This document shows positions 55,883 to 64,000 of a DNA stretch of 64,000 nt, in pieces. Under the pieces are notes generated by a model. The model made no database searches. It saw only the letters and a program-made list of their open reading frames with translations, and was not told where the DNA came from. The position numbers and the translations under genes were made by a program. Each line of letters begins with the position of its first letter. The first letter of the stretch is position 1. Source of the stretch: an uncultured Ruminiclostridium sp. (GTDB taxonomy: Bacteria > Bacillota > Clostridia > Oscillospirales > Ruminococcaceae); NCBI GenBank assembly GCA_947630175.1, contig CANRGJ010000013.1:7090-71089 (forward strand). Reading direction: 5' to 3'.

Positions 55883-57967
55883 TTAATTTTCGTCAGGTTC
55901 TCTCTCGTAATCGCAGCCCTCGCCGTCGCAGTATATCTTACCCTTTTTGCCCGCCTTTTTGAACAGCGTTTTACCGCATTTGGGGCAGGTCTCGGGGATG
56001 GGCGTATCCCAGTTCATATAGCCGCATTCCTTGTAGTTTTCACAGCCGAAGAAGGGCTTTCCCTTTTTGGATTTTTTCGCCAGCATCTTGCCGCCGCATC
56101 TGGGGCAAAGTCCGCCTGTTTCAACTACTATCTTCTTCGTGTTTTTACATTCGGGAAATCCCGAACAGCCTAAAAACTTCCCGTAAGGCCCTATCTTTAT
56201 CACCATAGGCTTTCCGCAAAGCTCACAGACCTGGTCGGTAGGCTCGTCGGGTATCTTCACCCGCTTGCCGTCCATTTCCTCCTCCGCTTTTGTGAGAGTT
56301 TTGGAGAAATCTTTGTAGAAATCTCTCAAAACCTCCACCCATTCCTCCTTGCCCTCTTCTATCTTGTCAAGGTCGGTCTCCATTTTTGCGGTGAATTTAA
56401 CGTCCACGATATGCTGAAAATGGTCTTCCAGCAGGACGGTTATGGTATCGCCGAGAGGCGTTGGCTTGAGCTGTTTCTGCTCAAATTCCACATAATGCCT
56501 GTCAAGTATTGTTGAAATAGTGGGAGCGTAGGTGGAAGGTCTTCCTATGCCGTTTTCCTCCAGCGCCTTTATCAAAGTCGCTTCGTTGTATCTTGGAGGT
56601 GGCTGGGTGAAGTGCTGATTGCCTGTCAGCTCCTGCACCTTCAGCTTTTCTCCCTCAGTCAGCTTGGGAAGCGCGCCGCCGTTTTCCTCGTCGTTTTCGG
56701 AAACCTCGGCGTACAGCTTGGTAAAGCCCTCGAACTTCACGGTAAAGCCGTTTGCCTTGAAGGTACAGTTGCCCGCTTTTATAGAGGCGGCAACTGTGTT
56801 CAGCTGAGCGTTAGCCATCTGGCTCGCCATAAATCTCTCCCATATCAGCTTGTACAGCTTATACTGGTCAGAGGTAAGACTGCTCTTTATGCTCTGAGGA
56901 GTTAATGCTACCGTTGAAGGGCGCACCGCCTCGTGAGCGTCCTGAACGTTACTTTTCGTCTTGTACGTTCTGGGCTTGTCAGGCAGGTAGTCCTCGCCGT
57001 AAAGCTCCTTGATAAGCGCCGCCGCAGCCGCCTTTGCCTCGTCGGAGATACGCAGGCTGTCAGTTCTCATATAGGTGATAAGACCAACTGCGCCCTGACC
57101 CTCTATCTCAACGCCCTCGTACAATTCCTGCGCCGCTTTCATTGTGCGGCGGGAGTTAAAGCCTAAGCGTCTGTTCGCCTCCTGCTGTAAGGTGGAAGTG
57201 GTGAACGGGGGAGCAGGCTGTTTCTTGCGGGTGGATTTTTTTATCTCGTCTACCACAAAGTCCTGTCCCTCAAGGCTTTTCAGTATCTTGTCGGCGTCCG
57301 CCTTGCAGTTTAGCTCCGCTTTCTTTCCGTCCACCTCGGACAGCTTGACAGGAAAAGCCTTTTTGCTTGAAGCGGCAAGGAGCTTTCCGTCAATGCTCCA
57401 GTATTCCTTGGGAACGAACGCCTTTATCTCGTTTTCACGGTCGACTATCAGCTTTACTGCCACGGACTGAACGCGTCCCGCCGAAAGCCCTCTGCGCACC
57501 TTTTTCCACAGGAACGGGCTCAGCTTGTACCCCACGATACGGTCAAGGATACGCCTTGCCTGCTGTGCGTTTATCAGGTCGGTGTCAAGACTGCGGGGAT
57601 TTTTCATTCCCGCCTCAACGCCGCTTTTCGTTATCTCGGAAAATGTGACTCTGATAGGCTGACTTCCGTCAAGTCCCAGCACGTTGGCAAGGTGCCATGA
57701 AATGGCCTCTCCCTCACGGTCAGGGTCGGTTGCAAGGTACACTTTTCCCGACTTCTTGACGTAGCCCTTCAGCTCCTTTATCAGATTTGCCTTATCCTTC
57801 TTGTTTTCGTAAACGGGGGCGAAATCATGCTCCACGTCCACGCCAAGCTTTGATTTTGGCAGATCTCTTATATGTCCCGCACAGGCGACAACGTGATATT
57901 TTTTGCCCAGATATTTTTGTACGGTCTTCGCCTTTGAGGGCGACTCCAAAATTACTAAGTCTGACAT
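55883..57967 (-). CDS. topA: DNA topoisomerase I
   Basis: ESPSKAK, ATDPDREGEAI, SAGRVQS, ITYMRTDS, GIGRPSTY, C-terminal Zn ribbons. Confidence 0.97.
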   Translation of the reverse strand: MSDLVILESPSKAKTVQKYLGKKYHVVACAGHIRDLPKSKLGVDVEHDFAPVYENKKDKANLIKELKGYVKKSGKVYLATDPDREGEAISWHLANVLGLDGSQPIRVTFSEITKSGVEAGMKNPRSLDTDLINAQQARRILDRIVGYKLSPFLWKKVRRGLSAGRVQSVAVKLIVDRENEIKAFVPKEYWSIDGKLLAASSKKAFPVKLSEVDGKKAELNCKADADKILKSLEGQDFVVDEIKKSTRKKQPAPPFTTSTLQQEANRRLGFNSRRTMKAAQELYEGVEIEGQGAVGLITYMRTDSLRISDEAKAAAAALIKELYGEDYLPDKPRTYKTKSNVQDAHEAVRPSTVALTPQSIKSSLTSDQYKLYKLIWERFMASQMANAQLNTVAASIKAGNCTFKANGFTVKFEGFTKLYAEVSENDEENGGALPKLTEGEKLKVQELTGNQHFTQPPPRYNEATLIKALEENGIGRPSTYAPTISTILDRHYVEFEQKQLKPTPLGDTITVLLEDHFQHIVDVKFTAKMETDLDKIEEGKEEWVEVLRDFYKDFSKTLTKAEEEMDGKRVKIPDEPTDQVCELCGKPMVIKIGPYGKFLGCSGFPECKNTKKIVVETGGLCPRCGGKMLAKKSKKGKPFFGCENYKECGYMNWDTPIPETCPKCGKTLFKKAGKKGKIYCDGEGCDYEREPDEN

Positions 57968-58125
57968 AAATCCCCCAGTTGACAGTTGACAGTTGACAGT
58001 GTAAAGTGTAAAGTTAAGGTGTTTTTTGCCTTTGGCAAAAAACAGTTTTTGGATTGTCGCCTGCGTATCTGCGCATTTTGCGTTGATCCGTTACAGGATT
58101 TTTTTACATTGTCAACTATCTACTG
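57968..58125. repeat. Heptamer-armed intergenic repeat, divergent copy 4
   Basis: (GACAGTT)n arm, TTTTTTGCCTTTGGCAAAAAA hairpin, GGATTGTCGCCTGCG core, GTCAACT arm. Confidence 0.7.
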
Positions 58126-58905
58126 TCAGTTCCTTTTTGTCATTTCCCAGCATATTATTGCTGCCGCGGCGGCGGCGTTCAGCGACTCTGCGCCGCTTAC
58201 GGGAATGTATATTTTTTTGCAGAGAGCAGCGGCGGTCTTTGAAACGCCGTGTCCCTCGTTGCCTATTATAACGGCGGCTTTTTTGGGGAAAGCAACGTCT
58301 CCCAGCTTTTCCGCCGCCCTGTCCAACATAGCGGCGTAGACCTCAAAGCCGCTTTGTTTCAGCTCCGCTATCGCCTTTCCTGTGTCCGCCTGATATACGG
58401 GGATACGAAAAACGCTGCCCATCGAGGCTCTCAGGGCCTTGGGCGACCATATATCGGCGCTGTCGCCGCACATAATAACTCCGTCCATTCCCAAAGCCTC
58501 GGCTGTTCTCAGCATAGTGCCTGCGTTGCCGCTGTCCTGGACGCAGTCCAAAACCAGAATTTTCCCGCTGTTTAATATTCTATCAGGATTTACGGATTTG
58601 TCAAGGATTTTCCCCGCTATGAAAATGCCCTGCGGGGACTTTTGCTCGCTTAAATAAAGATAAACCTCGTCTGAAACCGTGGTAGTTTCACAAGCTGCTT
58701 TCAGCTTTTCCACAATTTCAGGGAATTTCTGCTCCGCCGTGTCGCTTATCAGCGCCCACTGGGGAGTTATCCCCGCTGAAACAGCCTCCATACACAGCTT
58801 TACGCCCTCTGCGGCAAACAGCCCCGTTTCGTCCCTCAGCTTTTTCTCTCTCAGCAAGCCCTTGCTTTTTACTATCAGAGGATTTTTCCTTGAAGTGATT
58901 TTCAT
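58126..58905 (-). CDS. TrmH/SpoU family RNA methyltransferase
   Basis: VQDSGNAGTMLRTA, RASMGS, IIGNEGHG, ESLNAAAAA. Confidence 0.93.
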   Translation of the reverse strand: MKITSRKNPLIVKSKGLLREKKLRDETGLFAAEGVKLCMEAVSAGITPQWALISDTAEQKFPEIVEKLKAACETTTVSDEVYLYLSEQKSPQGIFIAGKILDKSVNPDRILNSGKILVLDCVQDSGNAGTMLRTAEALGMDGVIMCGDSADIWSPKALRASMGSVFRIPVYQADTGKAIAELKQSGFEVYAAMLDRAAEKLGDVAFPKKAAVIIGNEGHGVSKTAAALCKKIYIPVSGAESLNAAAAAAIICWEMTKRN

Positions 58906-58965
58906 TTGACAATACTCCGCAGGTGTGATATTCTATAATAAACTTACAAATTAAAAGGTGATAAA

Positions 58966-59919
58966 ATGGTTTTTTCCGAGCTGAAAAACATCTCCGCCGA
59001 AACAGGGCTTGAATGGGACGAAAGCCGTCTTGCCCTTATCGGCACACTATATGATTATCCCGTTGTGCTTAAGGATATACCTGAAAAGAGGGAATATCTT
59101 CTGACGGTTTTCTGCCGTATGCGCCCGAGCGTCGACGAAAGCGTCACGAAAGGGATAACCCTTTTGCTGGACAAGCTGCCCCAAAATGCCGTTGCAGGCA
59201 GGAAAAACGAGCTTCATTATCAGCAGCTCCGCTTTAACGCCCAGTTTCTTTATCAGGAAAATCTTCCCCTGCTTGCGGACTTTGTGAAAGGGCTTGTCTC
59301 GCTTTTGAACGGTTATCAGCTTGTCCCCTGCGAAATGGACGAAAAGACGGCGTTCCCCATCGAAAAAATTCAGCCGAAGAAGAGGGAAAAGCGTCCCGCC
59401 GACAGCGTTTCCAAGCGCTTTGACAAATACAGCGTCAGAGGCTTTATAGGAGCATTTCTCGGCGCGGCGGCGATGTCGGTGATATCGGGACTGATAATCA
59501 AAGCCAACGACGGCTCGAACGTGGGCGTTATGCTGGCGTCCTGGTCGGCGGGAGCGCTGATCGCGCTGGTGACCCTTGCGGATTACCGTTTTCTCGCCCG
59601 CAAGATAGACGTTTTCGGCACCTTGTCCTGCTCTGCCCTGACTGCGGCGGCGTGCTTTATCTGCTCCTGGATAGGGACGGTGAGGGCGATGATAAACACC
59701 GCCTCCGCAATATTTCCCGACGTTCCGTTTTTCAGCGCCGTGAGGAACCGCACCTTGTATCTCGTGCTTTTCGGCGAGATAACCGACGATTTCATTTTAA
59801 TGCTGGTAAAGAGCCTTTTCAGCGCTTTGATAGCGTCAGCGGCGTTTTACACCGTATATTACCGCCGCCACTCTGCAATAATGTACAGCGAGGGCGGGGA
59901 TTACGTTGCAAAAAGCTGA
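58966..59919 (+). CDS. Hypothetical membrane protein
   Basis: AAAGGTG RBS; soluble N-half, several hydrophobic helices in C-half. Confidence 0.7.
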   Translation: MVFSELKNISAETGLEWDESRLALIGTLYDYPVVLKDIPEKREYLLTVFCRMRPSVDESVTKGITLLLDKLPQNAVAGRKNELHYQQLRFNAQFLYQENLPLLADFVKGLVSLLNGYQLVPCEMDEKTAFPIEKIQPKKREKRPADSVSKRFDKYSVRGFIGAFLGAAAMSVISGLIIKANDGSNVGVMLASWSAGALIALVTLADYRFLARKIDVFGTLSCSALTAAACFICSWIGTVRAMINTASAIFPDVPFFSAVRNRTLYLVLFGEITDDFILMLVKSLFSALIASAAFYTVYYRRHSAIMYSEGGDYVAKS

Positions 59920-59972
59920 TTTTTATCGGAAAAAGCCTTGCTTTGCTGAAAATAAATCGCTTTATATATACG

Positions 59973-60010
59973 AAATATCACGCCCGTAAAAACGCAGGCG
60001 TGATATTTTT
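59973..60010. terminator. Bidirectional terminator
   Basis: AAATATCACGCC/GGCGTGATATTT stem between convergent genes. Confidence 0.75.
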
Positions 60011-60015
60011 TGCCT

Positions 60016-60369
60016 TTACATAGCGGCTTTAGCCTTCTCGCACAGAGAGGTGAAAGCAGCGGGGTCGTTTATTGCGATCTCGGAGAGCATTTTGCGGTTG
60101 AGCGCAATATCAGCTTTTTTAAGACCGCCCATAAACGTGGAATAGTTCATACCGTTGAGCTTGCAGCCTGCGCTTATCCTTGCGATCCACAGTCTGCGGA
60201 AATCTCTCTTTTTAAGACGTCTGCTTATATAAGCGTACTGACCTGATTTCCATACGGCTTCCTTGGCGGTTTTGAAAAGTCTGCTTTTTCCGCCCCAGTA
60301 GCCCTTTGCCAGTTTAAGTGTTTTATTTCTTCTCTTGCGTGTAGCAAGCGCGCCTTTTACACGAGCCAT
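60016..60369 (-). CDS. rplT: 50S ribosomal protein L20
   Basis: [35 protein letters not shown]. Confidence 0.98.
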   Translation of the reverse strand: MARVKGALATRKRRNKTLKLAKGYWGGKSRLFKTAKEAVWKSGQYAYISRRLKKRDFRRLWIARISAGCKLNGMNYSTFMGGLKKADIALNRKMLSEIAINDPAAFTSLCEKAKAAM

Positions 60370-60384
60370 TGTTCATATCCTCCT

Positions 60385-60588
60385 TTACTTTGCGTAAGGC
60401 ATAAGAGCCTTGATCTCTTTCATATCCGCTTCGCTGGCATAAGAGCCTGCACGGTTGTTGCGCAGACGCTTTCTGCCCTTTTGAATGAGTCTATGACGGC
60501 GGTTGGTGGTCTGATACTTTACCTTGCCGCCTGCCGTGAACTTAAAGCGTTTCTTGGCGCCGCTGTGGGTCTTGATCTTGTTTTTCAT
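60385..60588 (-). CDS. rpmI: 50S ribosomal protein L35
   Basis: KIKTHSGAKKRFKFT; infC-rplT context. Confidence 0.96.
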   Translation of the reverse strand: MKNKIKTHSGAKKRFKFTAGGKVKYQTTNRRHRLIQKGRKRLRNNRAGSYASEADMKEIKALMPYAK

Positions 60589-60665
60589 TTATATAGCCTC
60601 CGTTCCTTTATTTTACAGATTTATTGTTCATTGCCGCAGCAAAAAGCCGCTGACATTGACAGCGT

Positions 60666-61301
60666 TTATTCCTGAGTGTCTGTGACGTCGGTGTTCTCGG
60701 TGTTCTCGGTGTTTTCGTCGGGCTCGGACTTTTCGGGTTCGGGCTTTTTCTCCTGTTTCGGCTTGGGCGCTTTCTTTGCGGAAGGAGCAGCTTTCGGCTG
60801 CAATACCGCAGTAAAGTTTTTGCCCTCAAGCAAAGACGGCTTATCCGCAGCGCCGTAATCGGCAGCGGCGTCCATAAAGCGTTTCATAAGCTCCTCCCCC
60901 AGATTCATATGGGAAAGCTCTCTGTTGCGCTTAAAGCGTATCCTTATCTTTACCTTATCGCCGTTTTGCAGGAACTTTATCGCCTGAGCCACCTTGCGGT
61001 TGAAGTCGTTGGTGTCGATATTAAGGAACATACTTACTTCCTTAAGCTCAGACTGCTTCTGGTTCTTTTTCGCTTCCTTCTCACGCTTGGTCTGCTCAAA
61101 ACGATATTTTCCGTAGTCCATTATCCTGCACACGGGAGGGACCGCCTGCGGTGCGATAAGGACAAGGTCAAGGTCCGCCTCCTCCGCATGCTTTAACGCC
61201 TCCTCGGAGGACATTATGCCGAGCTGTTCATTTTCAGGTCCGATAACACGGACTTCCTTTTCATTGATCTCCTCGTTGATGAGGGGCTGTTTAGCGCTGA
61301 T
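60666..61301 (-). CDS. infC: Translation initiation factor IF-3, probable non-AUG (ATC) start, with charged C-terminal extension
   Basis: In-frame ATC 9 nt after AAGGAG gives SAKQPLINEEI..EVRVIG; DLDLVLI..PPVCRIMDYGKY, GDKVKI. Confidence 0.92.
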   Translation of the reverse strand: MSAKQPLINEEINEKEVRVIGPENEQLGIMSSEEALKHAEEADLDLVLIAPQAVPPVCRIMDYGKYRFEQTKREKEAKKNQKQSELKEVSMFLNIDTNDFNRKVAQAIKFLQNGDKVKIRIRFKRNRELSHMNLGEELMKRFMDAAADYGAADKPSLLEGKNFTAVLQPKAAPSAKKAPKPKQEKKPEPEKSEPDENTENTENTDVTDTQE

Positions 61302-61359
61302 GGTCAGACACTCCTTCCGATAGTTGATAGTTTTTAGTTGTTAGTAGTTAGTTTGTGAA

Positions 61360-61480
61360 AAATAAAAAGCACGGGAAGACGCTCCCGTGCCGAAAAATCA
61401 TAGTTATAGATCTTCCGCAAAACATTGACCCTTTCGCAAAGCTGGGGGTGAGAGCAAATCTTCTTTTTGTTATGCACTTA
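61360..61480 (-). promoter_or_regulatory. L20-leader-like attenuator upstream of infC-rpmI-rplT
   Basis: AGAAG..GCTCTCACC motif then GCACGGGA/TCCCGTGC terminator + TTTTT between promoter and infC; position matches the Firmicute L20 leader. Confidence 0.7.
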
Positions 61481-61483
61481 TGT

Positions 61484-61512
61484 ATTATAGCAGGTGTTTT
61501 TCGGTTTGTCAA
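61484..61512 (-). promoter_or_regulatory. SigA promoter of infC operon
   Basis: TTGACA-17-TATAAT on minus strand. Confidence 0.85.
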
Positions 61513-61554
61513 GGGGGAAAGGGAAATTTTTTAGGAAAAAGCCGTTTTATCCTC

Positions 61555-61583
61555 TTGACAAAAGGGGAGAAGTCGTGTAAAAT
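61555..61583 (+). promoter_or_regulatory. SigA promoter divergent from infC, facing the 53-bp repeat array
   Basis: TTGACA-17-TAAAAT. Confidence 0.75.
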
Positions 61584-61589
61584 ATGACC

Positions 61590-61847
61590 GTCAGATGTTG
61601 GATCGCTCATCGTAGTGGCGTTTCGCTGCCGTCCGCTTAACCACAACGGGAAATGCGAACTGTTTTACTGGCGTTTCGCTGCCGTCCGCTTGACCACAAC
61701 GGGGAATGCGACCTGTTTTATTGGCGTTTCGCTGCCGTCCGTTTATCCACAACGGGAAAGGCGACCTGTAAAAGCGATCATATTTTAAAAAATCTGTCCC
61801 GCCTCAAGCGGGAGCTTAAGGGCTGTTGAAACAGTCCTTAATTTTTT
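61590..61847 (+). ncRNA. Candidate ncRNA with three tandem 53-nt hairpin units
   Basis: Promoter, GATCGC/GCGATC closing stem, repeats at 61616/61669/61722, terminator TAAGGGCTGTT/AACAGTCCTTA + T-run; no ORF. Confidence 0.6.
61616..61774 (+). repeat. 3 x 53-bp tandem repeat
   Basis: Invariant TGGCGTTTCGCTGCCGTCCG and CCACAACGGG in all three units. Confidence 0.95.
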
Positions 61848-61868
61848 AGGCACTTCTTGCTTTATTTG

Positions 61869-62501
61869 TCAACTCCACCCTTTTAATTCCTCTAAAAACT
61901 CTTTGTAATCATCGTCAGACCAATAGAAGGTCAGTTCTTCCTCCGAATAATCTTCAGGCTTATCACGCATAAAGCCGTTGTCAACGCCATATCCGAATTT
62001 TTGCAGCACTGCCTGTGCAAACTCCCTGAAAAACATTCCTATTCCCGTAATTACGTTGCCGTCCTCCACTACTCCCTTATGTACAAAGTTATCTTTTTCG
62101 ATGAAGTTAAAAGTATCTGCCATTTGCATAAAATAGCCTGCCGTAAATTTTTTTCCGTTTAATATCCCTGCTTTTGACAGCAGGACGGGAGATGATGAGA
62201 TAGCCGCAAAAACAACGTCCGAATTTTCACCGCTTTTCAGAAAATCGATCAGCTTTTCATCAAATAATGCAGGCAGCGGATTTACGGTGCCCGGCAAGAT
62301 CACGCAGGAATAATCGGTTATTTTTACTTCTTCCGTTGTTTTTGTGGGGAAAACACGCAGTCCTTCTTCGCTTGAATACTCTTTGTTATCGGTTGCAATA
62401 AAGTCTATCTTTTCTCCGAACCAGACTGACAGCGCAGATGTAAGGCAGGTTATTTCCTGCAAGGAAAAATCAGGATACAATAAAACTGCAAATTTTCTCA
62501 T
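61869..62501 (-). CDS. DJ-1/PfpI family protein
   Basis: VLLYPDFSLQE, VILPG, AAISSSPVLLSKAGIL.GKKFT, VVEDGNVITG; nucleophilic Cys position reads Ser. Confidence 0.85.
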   Translation of the reverse strand: MRKFAVLLYPDFSLQEITCLTSALSVWFGEKIDFIATDNKEYSSEEGLRVFPTKTTEEVKITDYSCVILPGTVNPLPALFDEKLIDFLKSGENSDVVFAAISSSPVLLSKAGILNGKKFTAGYFMQMADTFNFIEKDNFVHKGVVEDGNVITGIGMFFREFAQAVLQKFGYGVDNGFMRDKPEDYSEEELTFYWSDDDYKEFLEELKGWS

Positions 62502-62619
62502 TTGCCTGCCTCCTTTAGAAGAAGTGCTTATTGCTTTAAATTATACTTTGTTGCTTTCGTCTTGTCAATATTCTTAAAATATGCTACAATATACCCACAA
62601 ACAACAGGAGGAAACCATA

Positions 62620-63231
62620 ATGTCCCTTGAAGAAATATACGCAAAAATGCACGGTGAAAAGCTGTATCTTCCCAACGAGCCCAAGCTGGCGGAGGAGCAG
62701 ATGAAGCGCCTCGACCGACTTTACGATTTCAATATGACCCGCCCCACCGAGCAGGAAAAGCGGGCGGAAATGCTGAAAACAATGTTCGCCGAGATAGGGG
62801 AGAATTGCTATATCGAGCCGCCGCTTCACGCCAATTTCGGCGGGAAATTCGTCCATTTTGGCAATAACATCTACGCAAATTTCAACCTGACCCTTGTGGA
62901 TGACACCCATATTTATGTTGGCGATTACACGATGTTCGGACCAAATGTCATTCTCGCCACGGCGGGACACCCAATACTTCCTCAGCTTCGTGAGCAGGTC
63001 TACCAGTTCAATTCCCCCATTCATATAGGAAGAAACTGCTGGCTTGGTGCGGGCGTCATAGTCCTGCCCGGCGTTTCCATAGGCGACAACTCCGTTATCG
63101 GCGCAGGGAGCGTTGTGACAAAGGATATTCCCGCCAATGTGATAGCGGTGGGCGATCCCTGCAAGGTCCTCCGCGAGATAGGCGAAAAGGACAGGGAAGT
63201 GTATTTTAAGGATCTGAGGATAGACGTGTGA
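62620..63231 (+). CDS. Maltose/galactoside O-acetyltransferase (hexapeptide repeat)
   Basis: IEPPLHANFG, MFGPNV..ATAGHP, IGRNCWLGAGV..LPGVSIGDNSVIGAGSVVTKDIP; GGAGG before ATG 62620. Confidence 0.92.
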   Translation: MSLEEIYAKMHGEKLYLPNEPKLAEEQMKRLDRLYDFNMTRPTEQEKRAEMLKTMFAEIGENCYIEPPLHANFGGKFVHFGNNIYANFNLTLVDDTHIYVGDYTMFGPNVILATAGHPILPQLREQVYQFNSPIHIGRNCWLGAGVIVLPGVSIGDNSVIGAGSVVTKDIPANVIAVGDPCKVLREIGEKDREVYFKDLRIDV

Positions 63232-63344
63232 AATTCCGATAATTATTCACACGACCCGCCCGTCGGAAATACCGCATTTTGCGCCAATATGAAATAACGT
63301 AAAGCAAAGTCTGCACCTTCTTTCACAGCGTCAGTGCAGAAAAT

Positions 63345-63767
63345 TCACATTTTTTCCTTTGCCTCATCAAGCAGTCGGCTCAGGGTGATGTCCCTCATTT
63401 CCCCCTCCATAGCGGACTGTATCGTTTCTATCTTATCGTCCATAACGGAATGTATGGTTCTCCCTATGGGACATTCAGGGTTTGGGTTTTCGTGGAAGTG
63501 AAAAAGCGATTCCTCCTTTTCCACCGCCTTGAAAATGTCCAGCAGGGTTATCTCCTCCGACGGCCTTGCAAGAAAAGCTCCGCCCACGCCTGACCTTATC
63601 TCAACTATTTTTGCGGAGGAAAGGGAGCCGAGAATGTTCCTGACTATAACAGGATTAACGTTTATGCTCCCCGCAAGAAAATTTGACGTCACCTTCCGTT
63701 CGTCCTGAAACATTGCAATACAAAGCAAAATGTGCGTCGCAATGGTAAATCTGGAAGAAAACTGCAA
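63345..63767 (-). CDS. Rrf2 family regulator (YwnA/HypR-like)
   Basis: SSRFTIATHIL, TSNFLAGSINVNPVIVR, GVGGA, ITLLDIFKAV, HENPNPECPIG; TTG start after GGAGG. Confidence 0.9.
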   Translation of the reverse strand: MQFSSRFTIATHILLCIAMFQDERKVTSNFLAGSINVNPVIVRNILGSLSSAKIVEIRSGVGGAFLARPSEEITLLDIFKAVEKEESLFHFHENPNPECPIGRTIHSVMDDKIETIQSAMEGEMRDITLSRLLDEAKEKM

Positions 63768-63807
63768 GAAAACACCTCCATTCTCAATAATATTGTAGCA
63801 TTTTTTC

Positions 63808-63932
63808 GTTGTAATGTCAATAGTTACAATATCTCAGCCGAAATTTTGTGTAATCATACAAATCGTTGTTGTAAGTGTTGACATTACAGCTGTTATTTGC
63901 TATAATATGGTTGTAACAAGAGAAGTTACAAC
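63808..63932. promoter_or_regulatory. Three palindromic operators overlapping divergent promoters
   Basis: GTTGTAAT-N7-GTTACAAT (63808-63830), GTTGTAAG-N7-ATTACAGC (63868-63890), GTTGTAAC-N7-GTTACAAC (63910-63932). Confidence 0.75.
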
Positions 63933-63955
63933 TAAACATTTCGGAGGATAACGTT

Positions 63956-64000
63956 ATGAGCAATTACAACAAAGTAAGCATTGGTCAGGACGCAAGAACA
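63956..64000 (+). CDS. 5' end of a gene truncated by window edge (MSNYNKVSIGQDART...)
   Basis: GGAGG 7 nt before ATG; TTGACA-17-TATAAT at 63878-63906. Confidence 0.7.
   Translation, partial: MSNYNKVSIGQDART

Noticed and set aside
61616-61774. CRISPR array interpretation of the 53-bp repeats
   Set aside because: Units abut with no unique spacers; no cas genes in the window.
1-64000. tRNA/rRNA genes
   Set aside because: No cloverleaf with T-loop and acceptor stem, and no rRNA conserved blocks, seen by eye; tRNAscan-SE/barrnap would be decisive.

Overview
Chromosomal window from a Clostridia-class firmicute, probably Oscillospiraceae/Ruminococcus-like (inferred from gene content, a dockerin-like module and SigA-type promoters). 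Layout: (i) 1-2.2 kb, AT-rich probable end of an integrative element (serine recombinase + TIR-domain gene), then a palindrome-rich spacer; (ii) 2.9-14.5 kb, barnase-like lipoprotein, a 2634-aa Calx-beta surface protein and a REC-PAS-GGDEF-EAL-PAS protein; (iii) rplM-rpsI, accessory genes, fba and a stand-alone holin + GH25 lysin pair; (iv) 23.8-29.5 kb, a vanG-like D-Ala-D-Ser cluster (vanR-S-W-G-XY-T) whose vanT is frameshifted in an 11-G tract and has no racemase domain; (v) a 2188-aa S8 protease with dockerin-like and cohesin-like modules; (vi) 37-61 kb, minus-strand housekeeping genes (efp, aroQ, rpsU, rsfS, nadD, ftsY, smc, rnc, plsX, trmFO, topA, infC-rpmI-rplT); (vii) DJ-1, acetyltransferase, Rrf2. 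No rRNA, tRNA or CRISPR array was seen. The most unusual signals are non-coding: a promoter-to-terminator unit of three tandem 53-nt hairpin repeats (61.6-61.8 kb), a second ORF-less transcription unit (36.6-36.9 kb), and several palindromic repeat families, one of which fills whole intergenic gaps and appears to supply ribosome-binding sites. All protein calls come from motif recognition by eye; no database search was run.
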